Of a stretch of 64,000 nucleotides of DNA, positions 1 to 12,751 are shown in pieces. The stretch is from Candidatus Latescibacterota bacterium. GTDB taxonomy: Bacteria; Krumholzibacteriota; Krumholzibacteriia; WVZY01; JAKEHA01. The DNA lies in NCBI GenBank assembly GCA_963707635.1, contig OY970173.1, forward strand, positions 544,001-608,000, in the 5' to 3' direction. Position numbers and translations under genes: made by a program. Each line of letters begins with the position of its first letter. Position 1 is the stretch's first letter. Below the pieces are notes generated by a model. The model was given only the letters and a program-made list of their open reading frames with translations, was not told the DNA's origin and did no database searches.

Positions 1-1
1 C

Positions 2-238
2 ATCCACCACGGCGCCGTCAAGCGCATCCGGCCCAAGTTCATGACCTGGGGGACGACGTTGATCGGCCTCCTGCCGATCATGTGGAGCACGGGCGCAGGG
101 TCCGACGTGATGAAACGCATCGCCGCGCCGATGGTGGGCGGGATTACACTCTCGGTCGTCATGGAGTTGTTGATCTATCCGGCGATTTTCTTCGTGTGGA
201 AGAAACGCGCGCTGGAGAACGGGGTTGAAAGCTCGTGA
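2..238 (+). CDS. cusA: CusA/CzcA-family heavy-metal RND efflux transporter, C-terminal end (5' partial)
   Basis: Frame open from base 2: HGAVKRIRPKFMT...GLLPIMWSTGAGSDVMKRIAAPMVGG, the typical CusA C-terminal motif. Confidence 0.9.
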   Translation: MHHGAVKRIRPKFMTWGTTLIGLLPIMWSTGAGSDVMKRIAAPMVGGITLSVVMELLIYPAIFFVWKKRALENGVESS

Positions 239-326
239 CGGGGCCGCGGCGGCCAGAGTGACCTTGCATAAATTTCTGGTGTCATGTATCTTCCAAGTCA
301 ACGTTGTGAAATCTAGGAGGGGTCCA

Positions 327-704
327 ATGAAACGCATTTTGATTCTGGTCGCGGGAGCCGTGCTGGTAGTGGCCGCGGTTGCTTTTGCCCAGGAGACGAA
401 GAAAGAAGAGGCTGCCGTGCCAGTCACGCTGACGGGCGAGGTGCTCGACCTCTACTGCTACATGGGACATAGTGCCAGCGGCGCCGAGCACATGAAGTGT
501 GCGCAAAGTTGCATCAAGAAGGGCATGCCCGTCGGTTTTCTGACGGCGGACGGTACCGTGTACCTGATCATCGGCAAGGAGCACGAGCCCGTGAACGCGA
601 CACTCGCGGACTGGGCCGGCAAGAAGTCGGCCATCACCGGCGTCGTCAAGGAGAACAAGAGCTTGAAGGCGATCGAACTGGTGTCGATCGCGGAAGCGAA
701 GTAG
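327..704 (+). CDS. Secreted Cys/His-motif protein, possibly metal-binding
   Basis: GGAGG RBS before ATG 327; signal peptide MKRILILVAG...AFA; motif DLYCYMGH...HMKCAQSC. Confidence 0.75.
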   Translation: MKRILILVAGAVLVVAAVAFAQETKKEEAAVPVTLTGEVLDLYCYMGHSASGAEHMKCAQSCIKKGMPVGFLTADGTVYLIIGKEHEPVNATLADWAGKKSAITGVVKENKSLKAIELVSIAEAK

Positions 705-837
705 CTCGTTCCGCCATGGGCGTCCGCGCTCTTGCGGCGTGGACGCCCACCTCGCGGATATCGATCGGAGTGCGACCCCGTGCCGCCTCGCCAACTCCAG
801 CTTCGCCGTGGCCGAAGCCAGGCCCTATAATGCGCGC

Positions 838-1689
838 GTGAAGTCCCCCGGCCGCGCTCACCTGTCCGTCATCTCGCTCGCCGCACTCGCCCTCGGCGCC
901 CTCGCGGCGTGGGGGTTCTTCAACTACGTTCGCGCGCCCAGACTCACCCCCGAGCTCCGCGGTTATGAGCTCGCCGAACGATTGGGCTGCCACGGGTGCC
1001 ACGGCCCGCGCGGCACCGGCGGGGTGACCAACCCTCGCGCGGCCGAAGGCGAGATTCCGGCGTGGGACGGCGGCAACGCGATGATGTACGTGAAGAACGA
1101 GTCGGAGATCCGCGAGTGGATTCTCGACGGCCGCCCCTGGCGTCTCGCGATGCGCGATTCGCTCGCCGCACGATCCGCGGAGCGCGACTCCGCCTTTCCA
1201 AGACCGGGAGAAGTGAACCTGCGCCCGCGCCCGCTCGCGCGAATCGAGCTCCCCGTGCGCATGCCTGCATTCCGCGGCGTGATCACCGAGCGCGAGCTGG
1301 CGGATCTGGTCGCGTACTACAAGGCGGTAGCGATTTTCGACGAGATGCCCGACAGCGTGCACGCCGGCTATCGCGCCGCGCGCGAGCTGGGATGCTTCGG
1401 CTGCCACGGCCCGGGCGGGCTGGTGGGAGCGAAGAATCCGCGCAGCTTCAAGGGCTACACCCCGCCGTGGCGCGGAAATGATTTTCGCGAGCTGGTGCGC
1501 GACGACGACGAATTACGCACCTGGATTCTCGACGGCTCGATCCCGCGCCTCACCGAGAACCGCGCGGCGCGCTGGTTCATGACCCGGCAGGTTGTGGGAA
1601 TGCCCGCGTATCGCGGGGTCGCCGCGGACTCGAGCCTGGCGAGCATCGTGGGCTACATTCACTGGCTGTCGAACGGAGAATCTGAATAG
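838..1689 (+). CDS. Membrane-anchored di-heme c-type cytochrome
   Basis: N-terminal TM helix; two CxxCH motifs (CHGCH, CFGCH), each followed by a MPA(F/Y)RG distal-Met motif; GTG start 6 nt after TATAAT. Confidence 0.85.
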   Translation: MKSPGRAHLSVISLAALALGALAAWGFFNYVRAPRLTPELRGYELAERLGCHGCHGPRGTGGVTNPRAAEGEIPAWDGGNAMMYVKNESEIREWILDGRPWRLAMRDSLAARSAERDSAFPRPGEVNLRPRPLARIELPVRMPAFRGVITERELADLVAYYKAVAIFDEMPDSVHAGYRAARELGCFGCHGPGGLVGAKNPRSFKGYTPPWRGNDFRELVRDDDELRTWILDGSIPRLTENRAARWFMTRQVVGMPAYRGVAADSSLASIVGYIHWLSNGESE

Positions 1690-1767
1690 ACCTGCGCGGG
1701 CTTGCGGTTGCGCGGCGTTTTCCTGTAGTCTCCGGTCTTCGCCACAAGAAACGGAAAGGAACTCGCT

Positions 1768-3867
1768 GTGATGACTCGCCGGAACCGCATTGCCCTCCTG
1801 TTCGTGACCGTCGTTTCGCTGCATGCAACTGCGTGGTCAGCGCCGGTAGACGATCCTCCGGGCTCGCACCGTGACTGGGGCGTGAGCTGGATCATCCGCG
1901 CCGGGGATGCGGGCGGCGGCTACGGGGACTTCCTGAAGAAGGGTGCGGCGTGGGACCTCGATATCTACAAACAGCGAGGGCCCTGGCGCTATGGCCTCGG
2001 AATCATGTTCGGTTCGCTGAGCTACCGCGCACCGTACGATGGCGAGGGCCAGCCCACATGGGCGCACTTCGAGACGTTCGGCTTCGCCTCCCGCGTATTT
2101 CGCAATGAAGAGGCCGTGCGTCCCTACCTGCAGGGGCGCCTGGCCATCGTGCGCGTGCACCCGCGGTCGACCCACGAACCGGAAGATTCCTGGTTCCTCA
2201 AGGAACCCGTCGAGAACCTGTCCTCCGGTGAGAGTGCGACCGACGCGGTGAACGGTATCGGCATCAGCGCCATTCCGGGGGTCGAATTCGACCTGACTCG
2301 AACCTTCGCGATCGATGTGTCGGCCTACGCCAACTTCTACTTCACGGAAAAATACGAGCTCCAGGACTACCTGGGGAATCGGCCGGTCGACCACGAGGAC
2401 ACGGGGACGGGTGTGGAATGGGGAGCGCGCATCGGGGCGACGTGGCGTCCGCTGTCGTTCGAAGAACCCAAACTCACCAGCGCGCTGCCGGACACGACAC
2501 CGCTTGCGCCCGAAAGCCGATTCAAGGACGCGTGGGGCACCACGCGGAGCGCCGGCTGGGCGGCGGCGGAGGTTCTCGCGATCAACTTCGGCGCGTCGAT
2601 GTTCAACGAGTACGTGCGCCAGGCCAATTTCAACCAGATCAGCCCGCGCAGTTTCTGGCAGAATCTCGAGGATGGCTTCACCTACGACGACAACAAGTTC
2701 AAGACCAATCAGAAAGTCCACCCCTTCAACGGGAGCACGTATTTCAACGCCGGCCGCGCGAACGGATTGAGCTACTGGCCGTCGTGCGTGAGCGCTGTGA
2801 CCGGCGCGTTCATCTGGGAGGCGATGGGTGAGACGCATCCGATGTCGTACAACGACATGATCGCGACCGGGATCGGGGGGATGGTGTACGGCGAAACCAT
2901 GTACCGGCTGTCGTCGGCGATTCTCGACAACCGGCAAAGTGGGGGCGGACGGGTGTGGCGCGAGGTCGGTGCGTTCCTGGTGGACCCGGTCCGCGGCTTC
3001 AACCGCTTCCTGACTGGACAGGCCTCGCGGGTGGAGGGCAATCCGTCGAGCCCGTACGACTGGCGGCCGCCGAAGTACCTGACGTCCATGGACGCCGGTG
3101 CGCGCATCACCGGCAAGGGCGAGTCGATCAGCGACAGCACGCAGACGCAGGCCATCGTCGATCTCTACATCGACCACGGGAGCGCGTGGGACAACGAGCG
3201 CCGCAAACCGTTCGACCACTTCGACGTTGGCGTGCAGCTCAACGGCGACGACAAAGTGCCCCTCGGACGTCTGCAGGTTCGGGGCGATCTGTTTTCGAAA
3301 GCCATCGGCGAGGATCGCAAGCACGCAGTCGCCTTCGTGCAGTACTTCGACTACGTGAACAACAATGCGTACGAATACGGCGCGCAGAGTTTCGGCGGTG
3401 CGCTGTTCTCGCGCTTCCGTCCCTCCGCGAAGTGGGGGATCGAGACGCGCGTCGACCTGCTGGTTGCGCTGTTGGCCGCGGTGAACACGGAGTACTCGTA
3501 CGTCGTGCAGACGCCCGAGCAGGAGCGACTCCGCGAATACGACTACGGACCGGGGGGCGGCTTCTTCCTCGAAGCAACCGGCCTGCACTCCGGCCGCCGG
3601 ATGATCGAAATTGCCTACCGGGCGCAGGCGATCCATGTGACGAACGGGTCGATCTGGGTCCCGGCGGGAAACCCCGGCACCGACGCGGATCACTTTATCC
3701 AGTCCGGGAGTGTGAAGCTCAATATCCCGTTGAAGGGCCCGATGAGTGTGGGGCTCGACGGCGCGGTCTTCTTCCGCCAGAGCCTGTACTCGCGCGAGGA
3801 CTTCGTCGACACGAACCAGCGCGTCCCGCAGGCGCGCCTGTACCTGACCTGGGAGACGGCGCGGTAG
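1768..3867 (+). CDS. DUF3943-like outer-membrane/secreted protein
   Basis: Signal peptide; DDNKFKTNQKVHPFNGSTYFNAGRANG and PMSYNDMIATGIGG resemble DUF3943; beta-strand-rich N- and C-terminal regions. Confidence 0.7.
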   Translation: MMTRRNRIALLFVTVVSLHATAWSAPVDDPPGSHRDWGVSWIIRAGDAGGGYGDFLKKGAAWDLDIYKQRGPWRYGLGIMFGSLSYRAPYDGEGQPTWAHFETFGFASRVFRNEEAVRPYLQGRLAIVRVHPRSTHEPEDSWFLKEPVENLSSGESATDAVNGIGISAIPGVEFDLTRTFAIDVSAYANFYFTEKYELQDYLGNRPVDHEDTGTGVEWGARIGATWRPLSFEEPKLTSALPDTTPLAPESRFKDAWGTTRSAGWAAAEVLAINFGASMFNEYVRQANFNQISPRSFWQNLEDGFTYDDNKFKTNQKVHPFNGSTYFNAGRANGLSYWPSCVSAVTGAFIWEAMGETHPMSYNDMIATGIGGMVYGETMYRLSSAILDNRQSGGGRVWREVGAFLVDPVRGFNRFLTGQASRVEGNPSSPYDWRPPKYLTSMDAGARITGKGESISDSTQTQAIVDLYIDHGSAWDNERRKPFDHFDVGVQLNGDDKVPLGRLQVRGDLFSKAIGEDRKHAVAFVQYFDYVNNNAYEYGAQSFGGALFSRFRPSAKWGIETRVDLLVALLAAVNTEYSYVVQTPEQERLREYDYGPGGGFFLEATGLHSGRRMIEIAYRAQAIHVTNGSIWVPAGNPGTDADHFIQSGSVKLNIPLKGPMSVGLDGAVFFRQSLYSREDFVDTNQRVPQARLYLTWETAR

Positions 3868-3891
3868 CCACAGACGGTTTCCCGCCGCGCG

Positions 3892-4524
3892 CTACTTTCC
3901 GCCTGGAATCAGCCCCTGGCGTTTCAGTTCAGGCACGAGCTGCCCCGCCACTTCCGCGCGCACCTTCTCCGCGTCGCGCGGGTCGATCGGTGTCGTGGAC
4001 CCCGTCCACACCAGCTTTCCGCCGCCGGTCATTCCCACCAGATCGATCTGGTAGCGGGCCTCGTCCTCCTTCGGCTCGCTCGCGTACTCGTTGGCGCTCA
4101 TGTAGTAGGTGTGGTACCAGCTGCGCCAGTAGTCGTTGCCGGTCATGGCGGTGCTCTTCTCGTATCCGCCGCCGTAATCCCCGGTCTGGGTGAGCGCGAG
4201 CCGGTGCGTGATCACCGCGCCGTCGTTGCCGTCGCGGCGCATCACGACTGGCACCTGCGTCGAGTCCGGGAGCGACGGCCAGAGCTGGTGGGACGGACGG
4301 GCGTGGACGCCGTGGGCCTGGAACTCCGCCGCGAGCGCGTCCTCCCAGAGCCGGCGCAGATCCGGGTCGCGTTCGAGCGCGACGACGAGCACGTTGTCCA
4401 TCGGGGACGTCGACGCCTCGGGGTCCTTCCACAGGTTGGTGAGACTTGTCTTGGAGCAGCCGGCGACGAACGCGGCGGCGATGAGCATCGCCGCCATGAA
4501 CCGAGTGACGGGATAGGTGCGCAT
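3892..4524 (-). CDS. Hypothetical lipoprotein
   Basis: GGAGG RBS; lipobox FVAGC; TNLWKDP...VLVVAL pattern. Confidence 0.7.
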   Translation of the reverse strand: MRTYPVTRFMAAMLIAAAFVAGCSKTSLTNLWKDPEASTSPMDNVLVVALERDPDLRRLWEDALAAEFQAHGVHARPSHQLWPSLPDSTQVPVVMRRDGNDGAVITHRLALTQTGDYGGGYEKSTAMTGNDYWRSWYHTYYMSANEYASEPKEDEARYQIDLVGMTGGGKLVWTGSTTPIDPRDAEKVRAEVAGQLVPELKRQGLIPGGK

Positions 4525-4594
4525 GGGCGATTCCTCCTGTGTGGAGAGGAGAGTAGCGGGGGCGGATGGAAAGGGCAAGGGGCGCGGGAGCCGG

Positions 4595-5536
4595 TCAGTC
4601 GGACGCCACCGGCTGGGGTCCCGGCGGCCGGCTGTGGACGGCCGCGCGCGCGCGCAGACTCTCCCACGTCCGGTCGATGGTCCGGCGAACGTCGTCCGGC
4701 GAGACCTTCGACTTCGCGAATCGGCCTTGCTGCTCGATGAATGCCCGCAAGGCGTCGATCGAAAACGTCGGCTCGATGTTGATCACGACTTCCGTCCCGT
4801 CGATGATTTCGATGACCGGGTAGAGCCCCGACTCCACCGCAAGCCGCACGAGCCGGACACCGTCCGCCGGCTCGGACTTCCACCCGGTCGGGCACGGCGA
4901 GAGCACGTGCAGAAACCGGAATCCGGGCGTGTCCAGCGCGCGGCACAGCTTGCGCATCATGTCGTCGAGGTGCGCCATCGAGGCGGACGCCGCGTAGGGC
5001 ACGCGGTGCGCGGCCATGATGCCGAGGATATCCTTCTTGTCGACGTGCTTGCCGGCCGGCGTGGTCGAGGTGAACGCGCCGAACGGAGTCGCCGACGAGC
5101 GCTGCCCGCCGGTGTTGCCGTAGATCTCGTTGTCGTAGCAGACATACAGAATGTCTTCGTTGCGCTCGGCGGCGGCGGACACCGTCGCCATGCCGATGTC
5201 GTAGGTGCCGCCGTCGCCCGCAAAGCATACGACGCGCGTCTTCTCTCCATTGGCGCTCGCGACACGCGCGAGGCCGGTCGCGACCGCGGCGGCCCCCGCG
5301 AACGTGGACGCGACCACCGGCGCGCCGTAGGCGCTCAGCGGAAACGGCCCAGCGGTTACGATGCCGCAGCAGGCGGGGATCACCAGCTGCACGTCGCGAT
5401 GGGCGATCGCGTGGCTCATCATGTTGAGCGTGATCGACATGCCGCATCCCCCGCAGTTGGTGTTGCCGGCGCGCAGGAGCGGCTCGCGGCGATCCGCCGC
5501 GGTGTGGACCATTCCCTCCAGGATGGGCTCTTTCAT
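4595..5536 (-). CDS. porB: 2-oxoacid:acceptor oxidoreductase beta subunit (TPP-binding)
   Basis: NCGGCG, IPACC, GDGGTYDIG...YDNEIYGNTGGQRS, SPCPTGW; ATG overlaps the alpha-subunit stop. Confidence 0.9.
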   Translation of the reverse strand: MKEPILEGMVHTAADRREPLLRAGNTNCGGCGMSITLNMMSHAIAHRDVQLVIPACCGIVTAGPFPLSAYGAPVVASTFAGAAAVATGLARVASANGEKTRVVCFAGDGGTYDIGMATVSAAAERNEDILYVCYDNEIYGNTGGQRSSATPFGAFTSTTPAGKHVDKKDILGIMAAHRVPYAASASMAHLDDMMRKLCRALDTPGFRFLHVLSPCPTGWKSEPADGVRLVRLAVESGLYPVIEIIDGTEVVINIEPTFSIDALRAFIEQQGRFAKSKVSPDDVRRTIDRTWESLRARAAVHSRPPGPQPVASD

Positions 5537-6696
5537 TCTCCGGCCTCCACGAACAGCGGTTGCCCCGCGGTATCGCGTGCGAGCACATCGTCGATGATCG
5601 ACGTCACGTGCGCGGGGCGGATGTCGCCGCCCCCCAGGCCGACGAGATAGCCCTGCACGAGTGCCTCGGGGTCGGCGAAACCGCGCACCTCTCCCCACAC
5701 GATGCCGCCGAGGCCGGGGGAGCTGTCGCGGTCGATGACGGCGACGCGCGGGCGTCCAGCGAGGTGCGCGCGAAGCTCCGATTCCGGAAGAGGCCGGAAC
5801 ATGCGCAGCCGGAGCGCTCCAGCGCGCACGCCGCGCAGACGGGCCGCGTCCACGGCGGCGCGCACCGTGCTGGCAGTCGTGCCCATCGACAGGATCACGA
5901 CCTCCGCGTCGTCCATGCGGTACGGCACCACCGCGTCCGCCGGCCGTCGCCCGAAGCGCGCTTCGAACTCGTCCTGCGCTTTCGCGTACACCGCCGGCAC
6001 GCGCGCCATCGCCTCCATGTGTTGCTGGCGATGCATCTCGGTCTCGTGGGGGAAGTCGAGGCCGCCGACCACGCGGGAGCGGTCGGTCACGCGGTGCGGC
6101 AGATCGAGCAGCGGCAGAAACGCATCCACCTGTTCCTGGGTGGCGATGTCGGTCATCATCATCGTGTGCGAGAGGACGAACGCGTCCTGGCACACCATGA
6201 CCGGCATCATCACATCCGGGTCCTCGGCGAGGCGGTAGGCGAGCAGGATGGAGTCGAACACTTCCTGGTTGTCTTCGCAGTAGAGCTGGATCCATCCGCT
6301 GTCGCGCAGCATCAGCGTGTCGCCGTGGTCCACCCAGATGTTCCATGGGGGGCCCAGCGTCCGGTTCACGGCCATCATCACGACCGGCAGCCGGAAGAAC
6401 CCGGCCGCGAATACGTTTTCCGCCATGTAGGCGAGTCCGTTGGACGACGACGCGGTGAAGGTCCGCGCCCCGGAGAGCGACGCCCCGATGCAGACTCCCA
6501 TCGCGCTGTGCTCGCTCTCGACGCGGACGACCTACCCCTTCTCGATGACCTGCTCGCAGAGCTTCTCGATGCATTCGGTTTGCGGCGTGATCGGGTACAC
6601 GCCGCTGCAGAAGCCGCGCGCGGCGCGGTTGGCGCGCGCCGCGAGCGTGGCGGCGACGGCGGTGGCGTGATTGGCGCTCAACAGTTGCATGCTCAT
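5533..6696 (-). CDS. porA: 2-oxoacid:acceptor oxidoreductase alpha subunit, interrupted by an in-frame TAG at 6532-6534
   Basis: YPITPQTE, VESEHSA and TASSSNGL motifs; the two ORF-track pieces are in one frame separated only by TAG (EKG*VVRVESEHSAM). Confidence 0.85.
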
Positions 6697-8909
6697 AGCG
6701 GAAACATCTCCATCGCGCCCCGCGGGCACTCGGCCACGCAGATGCCGCACCCCTTGCAGTAGTCCAGATTGATCTCGTAGCTGCCGTCCGCGAGGCGCTC
6801 GATGACGCCCTCGGGGCAGTAGACGAGGCAGGTGTCGCAGTTCGTGCAGTGACCGCACGAGAAACAGCGCTCGGCTTCGCGCCGGTCCACGAGGCCCTGG
6901 TTGGTTTCCAGGAAGCTCCGCACGCGGGAGCTGACCGGCTGGTGGCGTTCCTCCGCAGGCGGTCGCGAGTCGAAATGTGACAGGCGGAGATTCCCGATCG
7001 GCACGGCCGACGCCTTGCTCGGCCGGGTGAAGATCTCCACGTGCTCGCCCAGCGCGGCGAGCGCGCGGCCGGCGGCGCGCCGGCCGTCGCCGATGGCGTG
7101 CGCGACGGTGCCTTCGCCGGTCGAGTAGTCGCCGGCGACGAAGAGACACGTGTCGACTCCAGCCACGCGCACACGGCCGTCGATGACCTGGGCGTTGGCG
7201 GGCAGGAGCGCCGGGTCCGCCGACTGACCGAGCGCGAGAAGCACGTGGTCGCACGCGACCCGCGCCGTGCGACCACTCATCACGGGACGGCGCCGGCCGC
7301 TCTCGTCCGGCGGTCCCATCTCGATTTCGGCCAGCTCCAGTTCGGCCGCGCGGCCGTTCCCGTGGATCGCCACCGGCGCCCGCTGGAACACGAACTCCAC
7401 GCCCTCGCGCTCCGATTCGTCGATCTCCTCGAGAATGGCGGGCATGTCGGCGCGCGTGCGCCGGTAGGCGACGCTCACGCGCGCGGCCCCGGAGCGAAGC
7501 GCGCTGCGCGCGCAGTCCATCGCGGTGTTCCCCCCGCCCAGCACGACCACGTGACCGGCCACGGCCCGGCCGCCTTCGAGGTTGACGCGGTGCAGGAAGC
7601 GCGTGCCGTCCTCGACCCCCGCGAGCGATACGCCCGGAACATCGAGCCGGGTCGAGCGCGCAAAACCAGCGGCGATGATCACGGCGTCGTAGCGAGCCGC
7701 GAGATCGTCGATCCGCGCCCGGTCCAGAAACTCACCCGTGCGGACGTCGACGCCAAGCGCCACGATCGCGCCGATCTCGCGGTCGAGGACGTCACGCGGG
7801 AGGCGGTAGGTCGGGATTCCCGTGCGCAGGACACCGCCCAGCTCGTCTTCGCCCTCGAACAACGTGACGAAGTGACCGCGGCGCGCCAGCTCATACGCGG
7901 CGCTCAACCCGGCCGGGCCGCTTCCCACAACGGCGATGCGGCGCGGCTGCTGCGAGCGGTTCGCCTCGTCGTCGGGCAGGACGGCCGGGCTGTGGTCGCC
8001 GATCCAACGCTCGAGCGCGCGAATGTTGACCGCGCCATCGTAGTTGGTGCGGCTGCAGCCGATCATGCACGGCGCGGGGCAGACGCGGCCGCACACCGAG
8101 GCCAGCGGTTGCGTCCGGCGCAGCACCTTCGCCGCGGCTTCTTCCCCTTCCTTCAGTAGAGTTTGAATGAATGTGATGACGTCGTTGCCGGCGGGGCAGA
8201 AGGCGTTGCACGGCGCCGGGTGGTCGAGATAGCGGGGCAGCTGGGTGCGCCACGAGCCGGTCTTGAGACCGGTGCGCGGACCCTCCGTGTGCGCGGTGAG
8301 CGGAAGCACGTCCGAACCGTGCGACGGCAGCGGCGCGGGCTCCGGCGGCGCGCCGGCGGCCGATGCTTCGCCGATCGCCACATGTTCGTACGCTTCGCGC
8401 GCGGCGGTGAGGTTCCCGTGCAGGTGAAGGTCGCGATACGCGCATTCGAGGGCGTCGATCGGGAGTCCGACCACGCGCGCGTATGCGCCGGCGATGGTCG
8501 TGTTGACGATGACAACGGAGCGAGTGCCGATCCCGTGGCGGCGGGCGATCGCGGTGGCGTCGATGGTGGCCACGCGGAACCTCGCGAAACGCCCGGCGAA
8601 TGCGCCCGGAGAGTCGGTGGTATTGATCAGCAGCAACCCGCCGGGCGAGAGCCCTGCGACGACCTCGTCGCCGAGCAGCGTGGGGTCGAGGACCAGGAGA
8701 TGGTCGGGGCGATAGACCTTGTTGCGGTTGGTGATCGGGTGGTCGCCGACGCGGGTGTAGGCGCGAATCGGCGCGCCGGACCGTTCACCGGCGTAATCCC
8801 CGAAGGTCTGCACGCTCTTTCCGAGGCGCGCATACATCGCGGCCAAGATCTTGGCGCACGTCACCCCGCCCTGTCCGCCGCGACCATGAAGCCGGATTTC
8901 TAGTGTCAT
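6693..8909 (-). CDS. Fused oxidoreductase gamma subunit + GltD/SudA-like FAD/NAD(P) Fe-S module + delta-type 2x[4Fe-4S] ferredoxin
   Basis: EIRLHGRGGQG (gamma); CNAFCP and CGRVCPAPC; GSGPAG; GGGNTAMD...YRR; CTNCDTCLVYCP and CKGCGICVAECP. Confidence 0.88.
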   Translation of the reverse strand: MTLEIRLHGRGGQGGVTCAKILAAMYARLGKSVQTFGDYAGERSGAPIRAYTRVGDHPITNRNKVYRPDHLLVLDPTLLGDEVVAGLSPGGLLLINTTDSPGAFAGRFARFRVATIDATAIARRHGIGTRSVVIVNTTIAGAYARVVGLPIDALECAYRDLHLHGNLTAAREAYEHVAIGEASAAGAPPEPAPLPSHGSDVLPLTAHTEGPRTGLKTGSWRTQLPRYLDHPAPCNAFCPAGNDVITFIQTLLKEGEEAAAKVLRRTQPLASVCGRVCPAPCMIGCSRTNYDGAVNIRALERWIGDHSPAVLPDDEANRSQQPRRIAVVGSGPAGLSAAYELARRGHFVTLFEGEDELGGVLRTGIPTYRLPRDVLDREIGAIVALGVDVRTGEFLDRARIDDLAARYDAVIIAAGFARSTRLDVPGVSLAGVEDGTRFLHRVNLEGGRAVAGHVVVLGGGNTAMDCARSALRSGAARVSVAYRRTRADMPAILEEIDESEREGVEFVFQRAPVAIHGNGRAAELELAEIEMGPPDESGRRRPVMSGRTARVACDHVLLALGQSADPALLPANAQVIDGRVRVAGVDTCLFVAGDYSTGEGTVAHAIGDGRRAAGRALAALGEHVEIFTRPSKASAVPIGNLRLSHFDSRPPAEERHQPVSSRVRSFLETNQGLVDRREAERCFSCGHCTNCDTCLVYCPEGVIERLADGSYEINLDYCKGCGICVAECPRGAMEMFPL

Positions 8910-9132
8910 GGGCCGTCCCTTTCGCTCACCTGATAGTATAATCATTCAGGACCCAGTTGTCCTTTATTTTGATTGCCTGCAGGGATTCAATGCACTACAC
9001 TGCGATTGAGTACTGGAAGGCGGGTCGTGTTCTAGGCTGTCTCCAGGGCTGAAAGGCTATATAATGCCGCAAGTTACGAACATCCGCCGGAAGCGTCCGT
9101 CCCCGCAGGCGGTGGACCCGGAGCGCCACGCG

Positions 9133-12747
<3,615 letters not shown>

Positions 12748-12751
<4 letters not shown>

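Noticed and set aside
1837..3693. Long antisense and alternative-frame ORFs here and throughout (e.g. 12588-15509, 23023-25284, 29807-31990, 40903-42867)
   Set aside because: Expected high-GC shadow ORFs overlapping genes that have clear family motifs
6532..6534. Genome-wide TAG reassignment
   Set aside because: TAG ends many genes at their expected C-termini in this window (e.g. 704, 3867, 19121, 34921, 39632)
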